DNA of 64,000 bases from Candidatus Dormibacteria bacterium (GCA_046262455.1 JBHEMS010000014.1:4730-68729); one strand, 5' to 3'. Numbered from the stretch's first letter, positions 33,758 through 41,832 are shown. Notes: generated from the sequence alone by a model not told the origin. A program made the numbers and translations.

Positions 33758-34072
33758 AGGGCTCTCGGGCGGGGCCTGCCGCCCGGGGGACACGTCACCC
33801 GGCTCCGCCATCGGTCAGGGCCCGGTCCGGGGGGTCCCCCGGGCACCGCTGCGCTTGCGTGAGCGCGCGACACGCGAACCTCGTCCGGGCTGTTGCGGCC
33901 CAGCGCTGTCGCCTCACTCAATGGGAGCGCTTGGAGGGCCGCCCAGTCCTCCGTCGGGCCCGCGTATCGGGAGCGCTTGGGAGTCGTGGGTGCCCGAGGA
34001 ACCCCCCGGCCGACGGCGCGGCGGCTATGGACCGGGCGGACGTGTCCCCCAGGCGCCACCCACCCCCGGGGG
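33758..34072. repeat. palindromic repeat element, long copy (MITE/REP-like)
   Basis: It equals the reverse complement of 36123-36270 plus an internal segment of about 160 bp (about 33843-34002). Internal inverted repeats are GGGGGACACGTC (33785-33796) and GACGTGTCCCCC (34039-34050). Confidence 0.7.
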
Positions 34073-34216
34073 GCCGAAAGGGCGGGCGAGCGGGGCGCTA
34101 ACGAGCCCGGGGTACGATCTTCAATAGTTGAACGGGCAGCGGTATGCAGCCATCGCAAGTACGTCGAGGAATGCGATCATCGAGTTGTTCGAGGCGGGCC
34201 GCCCGCGGCTGGCCGC

Positions 34217-35077
34217 ATGACAGGTTCCTGGCTCCGCGACGACCGACGTCCGACTTTGCAGTGGGCAATTGAGCGGGCGGTAGAAAAAGTGCTCGGCACC
34301 AGCCTCACGAGTGCAGAACGCATCCACGGCGGGCTCAGGAGTGAGGTGTATCTCATCGACACCCTCAAAGGCGATCAGCTGGTGGCTCGCGCTGCTCGTC
34401 GGGCCGCCGCCCAATTCCAAGGCGAGAGATGGGCCATTGACCAGGCCCTCTCACAGGGTCTTCCAATGGCGGCCGTCCGCCACATCGCGCACTTCGAGGA
34501 CCCGGCGACCGGTGGTCCGGTGTCCGTGTGCATCCAGGACCGGCTCGAAGGCATCAGCCTCGACCGGTTGGCTGCCGGAGAGACTGATGCAAAGGTAGTT
34601 GCGGCGGCGGTGGCCGAGGCCGGAGCTGCCATAGCCCGGCTGCATACGATCGAGACAGTGGGGTTCGGACCCATCAACCATGAGGGCTTCGGGGCCGACG
34701 CGAGCTACGTTGACGGAGTCTGCGCCAGGATTGCGGCTACTCCGCCAGGAAGGGAGGTCGCCCGATCCCTACCTTTCGATCCCGTGATTGTTGATGACGC
34801 CAAACAAATCGTCCTCACCGCGATGCGACTCCGCAGTGATGTTCCGCCCCGCTTGTTGCATGGCGACTTCAAGCCTGCCCACGTATTCATCGCGGATGGC
34901 CGGGTTACAGGTCTCATCGACCTGGAGCTCTGTTGCTCTGGCGATCCGCTGGACGACTTCGCGATCTGGGACTACTGGTTCCGTGGCCAGGTCCCGACCG
35001 AGCAGCTCTGGGCCGGCTACGGGATTACGTCGGACGAGGAGCGTGCGGCGATGGATATCCGGCTGAGGGTCGGCTGA
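34217..35077 (+). CDS. aminoglycoside-phosphotransferase-family (APH/choline-kinase fold) kinase, C-terminally truncated by an 11-bp duplication
   Basis: LLHGDFKPAHVFI...TGLIDLELCCSGDPLDDF contains the Brenner motif HGDxxxxN-like and a DxE/D region. The stop at 35075-35077 is created by the tandem repeat at 35061-35082. This is a possible pseudogene. Confidence 0.72.
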   Translation: MTGSWLRDDRRPTLQWAIERAVEKVLGTSLTSAERIHGGLRSEVYLIDTLKGDQLVARAARRAAAQFQGERWAIDQALSQGLPMAAVRHIAHFEDPATGGPVSVCIQDRLEGISLDRLAAGETDAKVVAAAVAEAGAAIARLHTIETVGFGPINHEGFGADASYVDGVCARIAATPPGREVARSLPFDPVIVDDAKQIVLTAMRLRSDVPPRLLHGDFKPAHVFIADGRVTGLIDLELCCSGDPLDDFAIWDYWFRGQVPTEQLWAGYGITSDEERAAMDIRLRVG

Positions 35078-35082
35078 GGGTC
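35061..35082. repeat. perfect 11-bp tandem duplication (GGCTGAGGGTC x2)
   Basis: Read directly: ...atggatatcc GGCTGAGGGTC GGCTGAGGGTC ggcagact... Both copies encode RLRVG, but in different frames. Confidence 0.95.
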
Positions 35083-35281
35083 GGCAGACTACGGCTGGGT
35101 CTCTTCTACGTGCGCACCTGGAAAGATATCGGCGCTGACTGGACCTCCTGGCCCGTCGTGGCCGAGAAGCTGAGGATCGACGTCGCCAGCTAAACTGCAG
35201 CGCCCATCGCCCCGGTCCGAGCTTGGGGATGCTAGGAGCCGGCAGCCTTATCATGAGGGCTCGTTTCTGGAGGGATTGAAA

Positions 35282-35524
35282 ATGAGCGATGCCGCTGACC
35301 CGGTTAACGTCCGTGCTGGTCACGAGGTCACGCCATCCGAGGCTGGTATACCGAAAGTCGCGAACGTGCCAGTTGCGGGCTTTCCGCAGCAGATCACGAT
35401 CAGCGCCGGCACCGCCTTCAAGGCTGGCTTCTTCGCATTTTGGGGCTTCCTCGTCGCAGCGCTTGTGCCGTGGCTTCTCGTGTTGGTGCTTGGTGGCGCG
35501 CTTCTCTCCGTACGCCCGCACTGA
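35282..35524 (+). CDS. hypothetical small membrane protein
   Basis: The ATG is preceded by GGAGGG. The C-terminal half is hydrophobic (FFAFWGFLVAALVPWLLVLVLGGALL). No family was recognised. Confidence 0.45.
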   Translation: MSDAADPVNVRAGHEVTPSEAGIPKVANVPVAGFPQQITISAGTAFKAGFFAFWGFLVAALVPWLLVLVLGGALLSVRPH

Positions 35525-35623
35525 TTCCGGTGGCCACTCCCGGCCCGCGATCCATGGATCGCCTCGCCTCCGCCCGTATTGTTGCTATAGGTGGCGGGAA
35601 CACCGCACGTAAGGAGATTTGGC

Positions 35624-36100
35624 ATGGCTGTTGATGTGAAGGCGACGATCGAGGTTGGGCAGGAAGCGCCCGACTTCACCCTGGTGGCAGACAGCGGGGA
35701 GAAGTGGACGCTCTCGGAGCACCGCGACAAGAAGGTGGTGCTGGTGTTCTACCCGCTGTCGTTCAGCGGGATCTGCACCAAGGAACTGCACGTCCTTACC
35801 GGCGATGCCGAGAAGTTCGCCGGCGCCGACGCCGAGGTGGTGGGCATCTCCATCGACAGCAAGTACGTGCAGGCCGCCTTCAAGCGCGATGAGAACCTCA
35901 AGGTCACCCTGCTCGCCGACTTCGCCCCGCGCGGCGCGGTGGCGCAGAAGTACGGCGTCTTCATCGAGGAGCTGGGCATCGCCAACCGCGGCACCTTCGT
36001 CATCGACCGCGAGGGCAAGGTCGCCCACGTCGTGGTCACCTCGGTCGGCGAAGCCCGCGACCCCGAGGAGTACCTCTCAGCGCTGCAGGTCTGTAGCTGA
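35624..36100 (+). CDS. peroxiredoxin (AhpC/TSA family, AhpE/Bcp-like)
   Basis: GQEAPDFTL...KKVVLVFYPLSFSGICTKEL contains the peroxidatic Cys motif. The ATG at 35624 is preceded by AAGGAG. Confidence 0.88.
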   Translation: MAVDVKATIEVGQEAPDFTLVADSGEKWTLSEHRDKKVVLVFYPLSFSGICTKELHVLTGDAEKFAGADAEVVGISIDSKYVQAAFKRDENLKVTLLADFAPRGAVAQKYGVFIEELGIANRGTFVIDREGKVAHVVVTSVGEARDPEEYLSALQVCS

Positions 36101-36122
36101 CCGCGGGCGCGCCGCCGTCGCT

Positions 36123-36270
36123 CCCCGGGGGGTGGGTGGCGCCCGGGGGACACGTCCGCCCGGTCCATAGCCGCCGCGCATTCGGCCGGGGGACCCACCG
36201 GACCGGCCGCTGACCGATGGCGGAGCCGGGTGACGTGTCCCCCGGGTGCCAGGCCCCGCCCGAGAGCCCT
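36123..36270. repeat. palindromic repeat element, short inverted copy
   Basis: It is the reverse complement of the outer parts of 33758-34072. Internal inverted repeats are at 36145-36156 and 36232-36243. It lies between the convergent peroxiredoxin and ndk genes. Confidence 0.7.
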
Positions 36271-36306
36271 CCCAAGTGCGCGCCCGCGATCAGTTAAGGC
36301 TGGGGC

Positions 36307-36762
36307 TCAGCCCTCGAGGATCCACCGCTCCACGTCGCGGCTGTACTCCAGCACCTCGTCGGGCGCAAAGAAGATCTCGATCTCCCGGGCCGCGCTCTCG
36401 ACGGAGTCAGAGCCGTGCACCAGGTTCATCCCGATCGTCAGGCCGAAGTCACCGCGGATGGTCCCCGGCGCCGACTTGGCGGGGTCGGTCACGCCCATCA
36501 TGCCGCGCACGTTGGCGACGGCGTTGGGGCCCGACAGGACCATCGCCACCAGCGGACCGGAGGTGATGAAGTCGGAGAGGCCCTGGAAGAAGGGCTTCTC
36601 GGTGTGCTCGGCGTAGTGCCGCCGGGCCAGCGCCTCGTCGGCCCTCATCAGCTTGAGCCCGTGGACGCGCAGTCCCCTGCGCTCCAGGCGTCCGATGATC
36701 TCCCCGACCAACCCCCGCTGCACGCCGTCCGGCTTGACCAGTACCAGTGTTTGCTCACTCAT
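36307..36762 (-). CDS. ndk: nucleoside diphosphate kinase
   Basis: MSEQTLVLVKPDGVQRGLVGEIIGRLE...NLVHGSDS contains the catalytic His. The start is Met at 36762. Confidence 0.93.
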   Translation of the reverse strand: MSEQTLVLVKPDGVQRGLVGEIIGRLERRGLRVHGLKLMRADEALARRHYAEHTEKPFFQGLSDFITSGPLVAMVLSGPNAVANVRGMMGVTDPAKSAPGTIRGDFGLTIGMNLVHGSDSVESAAREIEIFFAPDEVLEYSRDVERWILEG

Positions 36763-36766
36763 TTGT

Positions 36767-38062
36767 TCAGCTCCAGTTGATGAGGTCCGCCAGCCGGTCC
36801 TCGTTCTTGAGCGGCCCGATCGCCGCGAGTCGCATCGGCTGCTCCGCGAATGTCTCGCGCGCCAGCCTGGTGACATCCTCCGCGGTGACCCTGTCGAGGG
36901 CCCCGAGGGTCTCTTCCATCTCGATGATCCGGCCGGTCAGCAGCTCCTGGCCGCCAAGCCAGGTGGACACCGCGCCGGTGCTTTCCAGCCGCAGGACCAT
37001 CCGTCCCTTGAGGTAGGCGCGGGCCTTTTCCAGCTCGTCGTGGCCGACGGGCTCCTCGGCGATGCGGTGCAGCTCGTGCATCACCGCCCTGACGGCGTCC
37101 TCGGCGCGGTTGGGGTCGGTGCCGATGTACACGCCGGCCGAGCCGGTGTCCGCCATCTTGCCCGCCCAGGAGTGGACGTCGTAGCAGAGCCCGAGCTTCT
37201 CCCGGACCTCCAGGAACAGGCGCGAGCTCATGCCCTCGCCAAGCACGGTGTTCATCACGTCGATGGCGTAGCGGTCGGGGTGGAAGTAGTCGATGCACCG
37301 CGTGCCGAGGACCAGGTTGACCTGCTCGGTCGGACGCTTGACCAGCTGGGCCACGGAGCCCGAGGCCAGCGGTGAGGCCGCGGGGAAGCTGGCGCGCTCG
37401 CCGCGGCGCCAGCCGTCGAGGTAGGGGGCGGTGACGTGCAGCGCCTCCTGGGTGTCGACATTGCCGGCGATAACCACCACCAGGTTCTGGGCCGTGTAGT
37501 GCGTCGCCAGGTGCGCCCGCATCTTCGCGCCGTTGACGCCGGGCAGGTTCTCCTCGGTGCCCGCGATGTCCACGCCAAGCGGGTGGTCGGGCCAGAGCAT
37601 CTCCTCGAAGACCGTGTGGACGTGGTCCCCCGGCGAGTCGCGGTACATCCGCAGCTCCTCGATGATGACCTCGCGCTCCTTGTCGACCTCGGGCTCCTCC
37701 ATGAGGGGATGGAGCACCATGTCGCAGAGGACCTCCACCGCCTCCTTGAGACGATCGCCGCCGACCCGGGCCCAGTACATCGTGGCCTCCTTGTCGGTGG
37801 CCGCGTTGAGCTCGCCGCCGATGCCCTCGATGGCCTCGGCGATCTCCCTCGAGCCTGGGTATGCGTCCGACCCCTTGAAGAGCATGTGCTCGACGAAGTG
37901 GCTGATGCCCGCCGCCTCCGCGGTCTCGTAACGCGAGCCGACCCTGAACATCAGGGCGACGCTCACAGAGGCCCTGGCGGCCATTGGCGCGGTGATCACG
38001 CGGGCGCCGGAATCAAGGACCTCCAGGGTGTGACCCGAGGCCACCATTTCGCTGGAGGGCAT
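36767..38062 (-). CDS. M16-family (pitrilysin-like) zinc peptidase
   Basis: GISHFVEHMLFKGS carries the inverted HxxEH zinc motif, and the length of about 430 aa fits. Confidence 0.88.
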   Translation of the reverse strand: MPSSEMVASGHTLEVLDSGARVITAPMAARASVSVALMFRVGSRYETAEAAGISHFVEHMLFKGSDAYPGSREIAEAIEGIGGELNAATDKEATMYWARVGGDRLKEAVEVLCDMVLHPLMEEPEVDKEREVIIEELRMYRDSPGDHVHTVFEEMLWPDHPLGVDIAGTEENLPGVNGAKMRAHLATHYTAQNLVVVIAGNVDTQEALHVTAPYLDGWRRGERASFPAASPLASGSVAQLVKRPTEQVNLVLGTRCIDYFHPDRYAIDVMNTVLGEGMSSRLFLEVREKLGLCYDVHSWAGKMADTGSAGVYIGTDPNRAEDAVRAVMHELHRIAEEPVGHDELEKARAYLKGRMVLRLESTGAVSTWLGGQELLTGRIIEMEETLGALDRVTAEDVTRLARETFAEQPMRLAAIGPLKNEDRLADLINWS

Positions 38063-38081
38063 CGGAACTTACTATACCGGC

Positions 38082-38396
38082 GTGCCCTCTTCGCGCCCCG
38101 CGCCCCAAAACGCCAACCGTGAAGCCATCGCCGCGCTTCGTGATGACGCTGAGCAGGTGGCCCTCAGGCTGTCTGGGGACGATATCGACTCGGACCTCCA
38201 GGAGCTCGGCGAGCACCTGGCGCGGCTGGAAGCCAGCTGCGACGACCTGGCCAAAGCCAGCCGGGGGACCTGGAAGACGCGCCTGACCGCGTCCCGAAAG
38301 CACTTCCACGAGGCTCGCGACCTCCTCGACGACGGCGAACCGGCTGACGCCGTGGCGCTGGAGGTGATGGCCGGGCGGGAGGGTCTCCGCAACTAG
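38082..38396 (+). CDS. hypothetical acidic helical protein
   Basis: GC3 bias is good across the frame. No family was recognised. The start codon is GTG. Confidence 0.4.
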   Translation: MPSSRPAPQNANREAIAALRDDAEQVALRLSGDDIDSDLQELGEHLARLEASCDDLAKASRGTWKTRLTASRKHFHEARDLLDDGEPADAVALEVMAGREGLRN

Positions 38397-38399
38397 CGC

Positions 38400-39056
38400 C
38401 TACGCCGAGCCGGTCACCTCGCCCTTCCGGAAGGCGCCCCAGCGCGCGGTGACGTCGCCCACGTCATCGAGGGTGGTGGGGCGGACCCAGCGTCCCTCCT
38501 GGTAGCGCAGCCCGGCGGCGATCGCCACCCGCCGGCGGAACTCCCAGTTGGCCGAGCCGTTGCCCTCGGCGATGCGACGATGACCCTGGAACTGCAGGTA
38601 GTGGTAGGGACCCTGCGTGCGCCAGTAGTCGGCCACCGTGCCAACCCCGGCGACCTCCGTCATCTCCTCGGAGTGGATGACGTCCTCCAGCGCCGGCAGG
38701 GCCACCGGCATGACGTGCAGGTGGGCGTGGAACACCGTCTGGCCGGCCCCGCCGTTCTCCCACAGCAGTGGTTCGACCCCGTACGCCCGGTGGACGAAGT
38801 CCATGGCCACCGCGGACAGCTCCTCCAACTCGGCCAAAACCTCGGGAGGCGCCGCGCCATAGGCGGGCAGGTGCTCCCGGCTGACCAGCAGCAGGTGGCC
38901 GGGCACCACGGGGAAGAGGTCGGGGATGAGGTGCACGTCGCGCCCCTCCAGCAGGGGCGCGGGTTCCTTGCTGCGGTCGCAGAAGACGCAACCGCTAACC
39001 GCGCCCGCGGCCGCCCCCGTAACCACCGCGGCCGCCGCCACCACCGAAGCCGCCAC
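38400..39056 (-). CDS. HIT-family protein with C-terminal extension
   Basis: CVFCDR...IPDLFPVVPGHLLLVSREH...VFHAHLHVMP contains the histidine triad. The start is uncertain because the annotated 5' end overlaps the jag 3' tail. Confidence 0.7.
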   Translation of the reverse strand: MAASVVAAAAVVTGAAAGAVSGCVFCDRSKEPAPLLEGRDVHLIPDLFPVVPGHLLLVSREHLPAYGAAPPEVLAELEELSAVAMDFVHRAYGVEPLLWENGGAGQTVFHAHLHVMPVALPALEDVIHSEEMTEVAGVGTVADYWRTQGPYHYLQFQGHRRIAEGNGSANWEFRRRVAIAAGLRYQEGRWVRPTTLDDVGDVTARWGAFRKGEVTGSA

Positions 39057-39780
39057 GACCGCCGCCGCCGCCGCCGAAGCCGCCCCGGCGCGGGCCGCGG
39101 TCGCCGCCGTCCATGGTCCGCCGGTTACCGTAGTTGACGATTTCGTCGCGACGAGGGTTGAGCGGGCTGATGACCACCCGGCGGTCGGGCTCCTCGCCCT
39201 CGCTCTCGGTGGTGACGTCGGGGTCGTCGGCGAGCGCGGTGTGCACCGCGCGGCGCTCGAACGGCATCATCGGCTCGAGGCCGATGCGCTCCTGGTTCTG
39301 CTTGGCGCGGTCGGCGACGCGCAGGGCCAGGTCCCGCACCGAGTCCTCGCGGCGGGCACGGTACCGCTCGATGTCCAGGACCACCGGTTCGGCCTCCGGC
39401 ATCTCCCGTCGCACCATGTTGTTGAGCAGCAGCTGCAGCGCCCGCAGGGTGTCGCCGCGCCAGCCGATCAGCGCGCCGAGGTCGGCGCCCCGGATGTCGA
39501 TGATCGCGGGGCCCTCGTCACGGTCGTCGAGGCGGTGCTCGACGCTGGCCTCGATACCCATGCGCTCCAGGACCTCGACCAGCAGGCGCTCGGCCACCAG
39601 GGCGTGCTCCCGCAGCACGGTGACGCGGATCTTCGCCTCTGCGCCGCCCATTCCCAGGACGCCGCCACTGGGCTCCTGGAGAACCTCGACCTCGACCCGC
39701 TCGGGGGGAACGTCCAGCTGCTTGAGGGCGCCGTCCAGCGCCTCTTCGATGGTCTTGCCGGTGGTTTCGATTGAAGGCAT
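38995..39780 (-). CDS. jag: Jag/KhpB RNA-binding protein (Jag_N-KH-R3H) with RGG-rich C-terminal tail
   Basis: MPSIETTGKTIEEALDGALKQLDV (Jag_N), a KH-like middle region and R3H (RRAVHTALADD). The tail is GGDRGPRRGGFGGGGGGRGGFGGGGGRGGYGGGRGRG. Confidence 0.85.
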   Translation of the reverse strand: MPSIETTGKTIEEALDGALKQLDVPPERVEVEVLQEPSGGVLGMGGAEAKIRVTVLREHALVAERLLVEVLERMGIEASVEHRLDDRDEGPAIIDIRGADLGALIGWRGDTLRALQLLLNNMVRREMPEAEPVVLDIERYRARREDSVRDLALRVADRAKQNQERIGLEPMMPFERRAVHTALADDPDVTTESEGEEPDRRVVISPLNPRRDEIVNYGNRRTMDGGDRGPRRGGFGGGGGGRGGFGGGGGRGGYGGGRGRG

Positions 39781-39838
39781 CGTCTCTCCCTGCTCATTGC
39801 CCGGGGCGAGAGCCCTGGGCGCGTTGTCGTTGTCGCGC

Positions 39839-40825
39839 CTAGCGGCGCCGGCGCTTGCCCCCGGATGTCTGTTTGCGGCCGGCGCCGTTGCGACCGTTGG
39901 TGGCGCCGTTGCCGTTGCCGTTGCCGTTGCCGATGATGTCGGCCTCGCCCTTCACATCGCTGCCGGCGCTGCGCCCGCGGCCGTTGCCGTTGCCGTTGCC
40001 TTTCCCGTTACTTGCCGCGGGGGGCGGCGGGCTCGCCTTGGTGCCGAGGATCGGCAGCTGGCCCCAGCCGTTGACGAAGTACTGCTGCCCGATCGAGAAG
40101 AGGTTGCTGATGACCCAGTACAGGACCAGCCCCTGGCCGATGTTGGGGTTGAACGCGAAATAGACGATGACCGCGGGCATGATCAGGCTCATCGTCGAGG
40201 TCATCTGGGCCATCTGCGCGGCCTGGGAGTCGTCCCCGGGGGCGGCCGGCGGTTGAGCCATCATCTTGGACTGCACGAAGGTTGTGAGCCCGGCGAACGC
40301 CGGCAGGATCCAGGTGATGGGGTCGTTGTAGTGGGCCGGCTTGGTGAGGTTGTGAATCCACAGGAAGTGAGGGTCCACGTGCGCGTGGAAGTTGTAGATC
40401 GACTGGTAGAGGCCGATCAGGATCGGCAGCTGGGCCAGCGTCGGCAGGCAGCCCGCCAGGCCGCCGAGGGGGTTGATGCCGTGCTCCTTGTAGAGCGCCA
40501 TCATCTCGGTGTTGAGCTTGGCGGGGTCCCCCTTGTACTTCTTGCGCAGGGCGGCCAGCTCGGGAGCGACCTTTCGCTGCTCGGCCTGGGTCTTCTTGGA
40601 CATCGTCAGCTGCTTCTGGTACAGCGGGAATAGCGCCAGCTTGATCACGATGGTGAGGGCGATGATCGACAGCCCGTAGGCCCCCACCGCCTGCAGCGGG
40701 CCGAGCCCGTTGAACGCGCTGTAGAGGTTGCTGAGGACGAAGGTGAAGGGGATCTTCAGCAGCCCGATGGCGTCGCCGATGGGCTTGAGGAACCCGAAGG
40801 GGTTGGAGGCGGCGATCACGCGCAT
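39839..40825 (-). CDS. yidC: membrane protein insertase YidC with Asn/Gly-repeat basic tail
   Basis: PLYQKQLTMSKK...MMALYKEHGINPLGGLAGCLPTLAQLPILIGLY is the YidC/Oxa1 core. The C-terminus is NGKGNGNGNGRGR...GNGNGNGNGATNGRNGAGRKQTSGGKRRRR. Confidence 0.9.
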   Translation of the reverse strand: MRVIAASNPFGFLKPIGDAIGLLKIPFTFVLSNLYSAFNGLGPLQAVGAYGLSIIALTIVIKLALFPLYQKQLTMSKKTQAEQRKVAPELAALRKKYKGDPAKLNTEMMALYKEHGINPLGGLAGCLPTLAQLPILIGLYQSIYNFHAHVDPHFLWIHNLTKPAHYNDPITWILPAFAGLTTFVQSKMMAQPPAAPGDDSQAAQMAQMTSTMSLIMPAVIVYFAFNPNIGQGLVLYWVISNLFSIGQQYFVNGWGQLPILGTKASPPPPAASNGKGNGNGNGRGRSAGSDVKGEADIIGNGNGNGNGATNGRNGAGRKQTSGGKRRRR

Positions 40826-40831
40826 GCCAAA

Positions 40832-41047
40832 TCAGGGCACCGGGTCATAGCCCCCCGCGGTGAACGGGTTGCAGCGGGCGATCCGCCACAGCGTGAGCTT
40901 CCAGCCTTTGAAGAATCCATATTTGTGGATGGCCTCGTAGCCGTAACGGGAGCAGCTCGGGTGGTAGCGGCAGCCGCCGATGACGCCAAAGACGGGCCCG
41001 AGGGTGAGCTGCCAGGCCCGGATCAAGATTAGGGACACACGGGCCAT
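40832..41047 (-). CDS. yidD: membrane protein insertion efficiency factor YidD
   Basis: CRYHPSCSRYGYEAIHKYGFFKGWKLTLWRIARCNPF is the YidD signature. Confidence 0.9.
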   Translation of the reverse strand: MARVSLILIRAWQLTLGPVFGVIGGCRYHPSCSRYGYEAIHKYGFFKGWKLTLWRIARCNPFTAGGYDPVP

Positions 41048-41054
41048 CGAGGTC

Positions 41055-41387
41055 TCACAAGCCTAACACCTGGGTCGCCAGGGCCCTGAACTCGGCTTCG
41101 AGTTGGGGGAAGGGCGCGGTTGCCGCCACGGGTCGAGCCACCACGACCAGATCGACGCCCCTGGTGCTGTCCGCCAGCAGCGGCCGCGTCACATCCCGAA
41201 GACGGCGCTTGACCAGGTTGCGCTCGACCGAGCCGCCGACCTTTGTCGAGATCGAGAAGCCGATGCGCGGGTGGCCCAGGGTGTTGTCCGCCCAGTGCAG
41301 CACCATCAGCTTGCCGTGACGTGCCTGGCGGGAGGAGTAGACGTGACGAAAATCGATGCCACGCCGGAGGCGGAGGCGGGGGATCAT
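41055..41387 (-). CDS. rnpA: ribonuclease P protein component
   Basis: LRRGIDFRHVYSSRQARHGKLMVLH...GFSISTKVGGSVERNLVKRRLR contains the RNR motif, and it sits in the rpmH-rnpA-yidD-yidC context. Confidence 0.88.
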   Translation of the reverse strand: MIPRLRLRRGIDFRHVYSSRQARHGKLMVLHWADNTLGHPRIGFSISTKVGGSVERNLVKRRLRDVTRPLLADSTRGVDLVVVARPVAATAPFPQLEAEFRALATQVLGL

Positions 41388-41411
41388 CCCCGAGCCGCCG
41401 TGGAGCCCCTG

Positions 41412-41629
41412 CTAGTGGCCTGTAACGGCGGGATCGGGTACAGCCCGCCAGGGGCCGAACGCCCGGCCGCTCAGATCGTCGGTGCCAAGGCGCGGGTGGC
41501 GATAGGAGGAGCGCAGCAGCGCTGCGTAACGACGAAGCGCCGGGCCCCGCAACGCTGGCATCAGGGCCGAAGGCCCCCGGCGAAAATGAGCGGCCGGATG
41601 GACCCGATCCCGTCGTTATAGGCCACTAG
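41412..41629. repeat. 218-bp inverted-repeat / highly structured element filling the rpmH-rnpA spacer
   Basis: Outer arms 41412-41439 and 41602-41629 are complementary at 26 of 28 positions. An inner perfect 11-bp stem pairs 41463-41473 with 41587-41597. Further small hairpins lie inside. Confidence 0.55.
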
Positions 41630-41781
41630 GGAAGGAGCTTGCGGCCGCCGGGGGTCAGGCGCTTGCGACCCTTGAGGCGGCGCGCCTTGATCACGCGGAT
41701 CCCGCCGGGGGTGTCCATCCGGGACAGGAACCCGTGGGTGCGGCGGCGGTGAAGTTTCTTGGGCTGGAACGTTCGTTTCAT
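41626..41781 (-). CDS. rpmH: 50S ribosomal protein L34
   Basis: It is below the ORF-track size cutoff. My translation is [51 protein letters not shown] (51 aa). Confidence 0.93.
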   Translation of the reverse strand: MKRTFQPKKLHRRRTHGFLSRMDTPGGIRVIKARRLKGRKRLTPGGRKLLP

Positions 41782-41832
41782 GGGCCGGACGAGTATAGCC
41801 AAGCGCCGTTCAACAAGGGCCCGCGGCAGCAG

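Noticed and set aside
33678-34127. ORFs spanning the palindromic repeats (33678-34127, 33859-34101, 35749-36198, 36036-36275) that share peptide strings such as AAMDRADVSP and PGDTSPGSAIGQ.
   Set aside because: The shared peptides arise from the same DNA repeat read on opposite strands. The products are low-complexity and the repeats sit in intergenic positions.
31700-36300. Calling the low-GC patches (31.7-33.1 kb, 34.1-35.6 kb, 41.8-43.5 kb) a classical genomic island, prophage or IS element.
   Set aside because: No integrase, transposase, recombinase, tRNA attachment site or phage genes are recognisable in the window. Only MITE-like repeats and a LAGLIDADG-like ORF support any mobility.
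41412-41629. Assigning the rpmH-rnpA structured element to a known RNA family (6S RNA, RNase P RNA).
   Set aside because: Its size and irregular long-hairpin shape recall 6S RNA. However, I could not identify the conserved central bubble or any family-specific motifs by eye, and it is far too short for RNase P RNA. It is left as an unclassified structured or repeat element.
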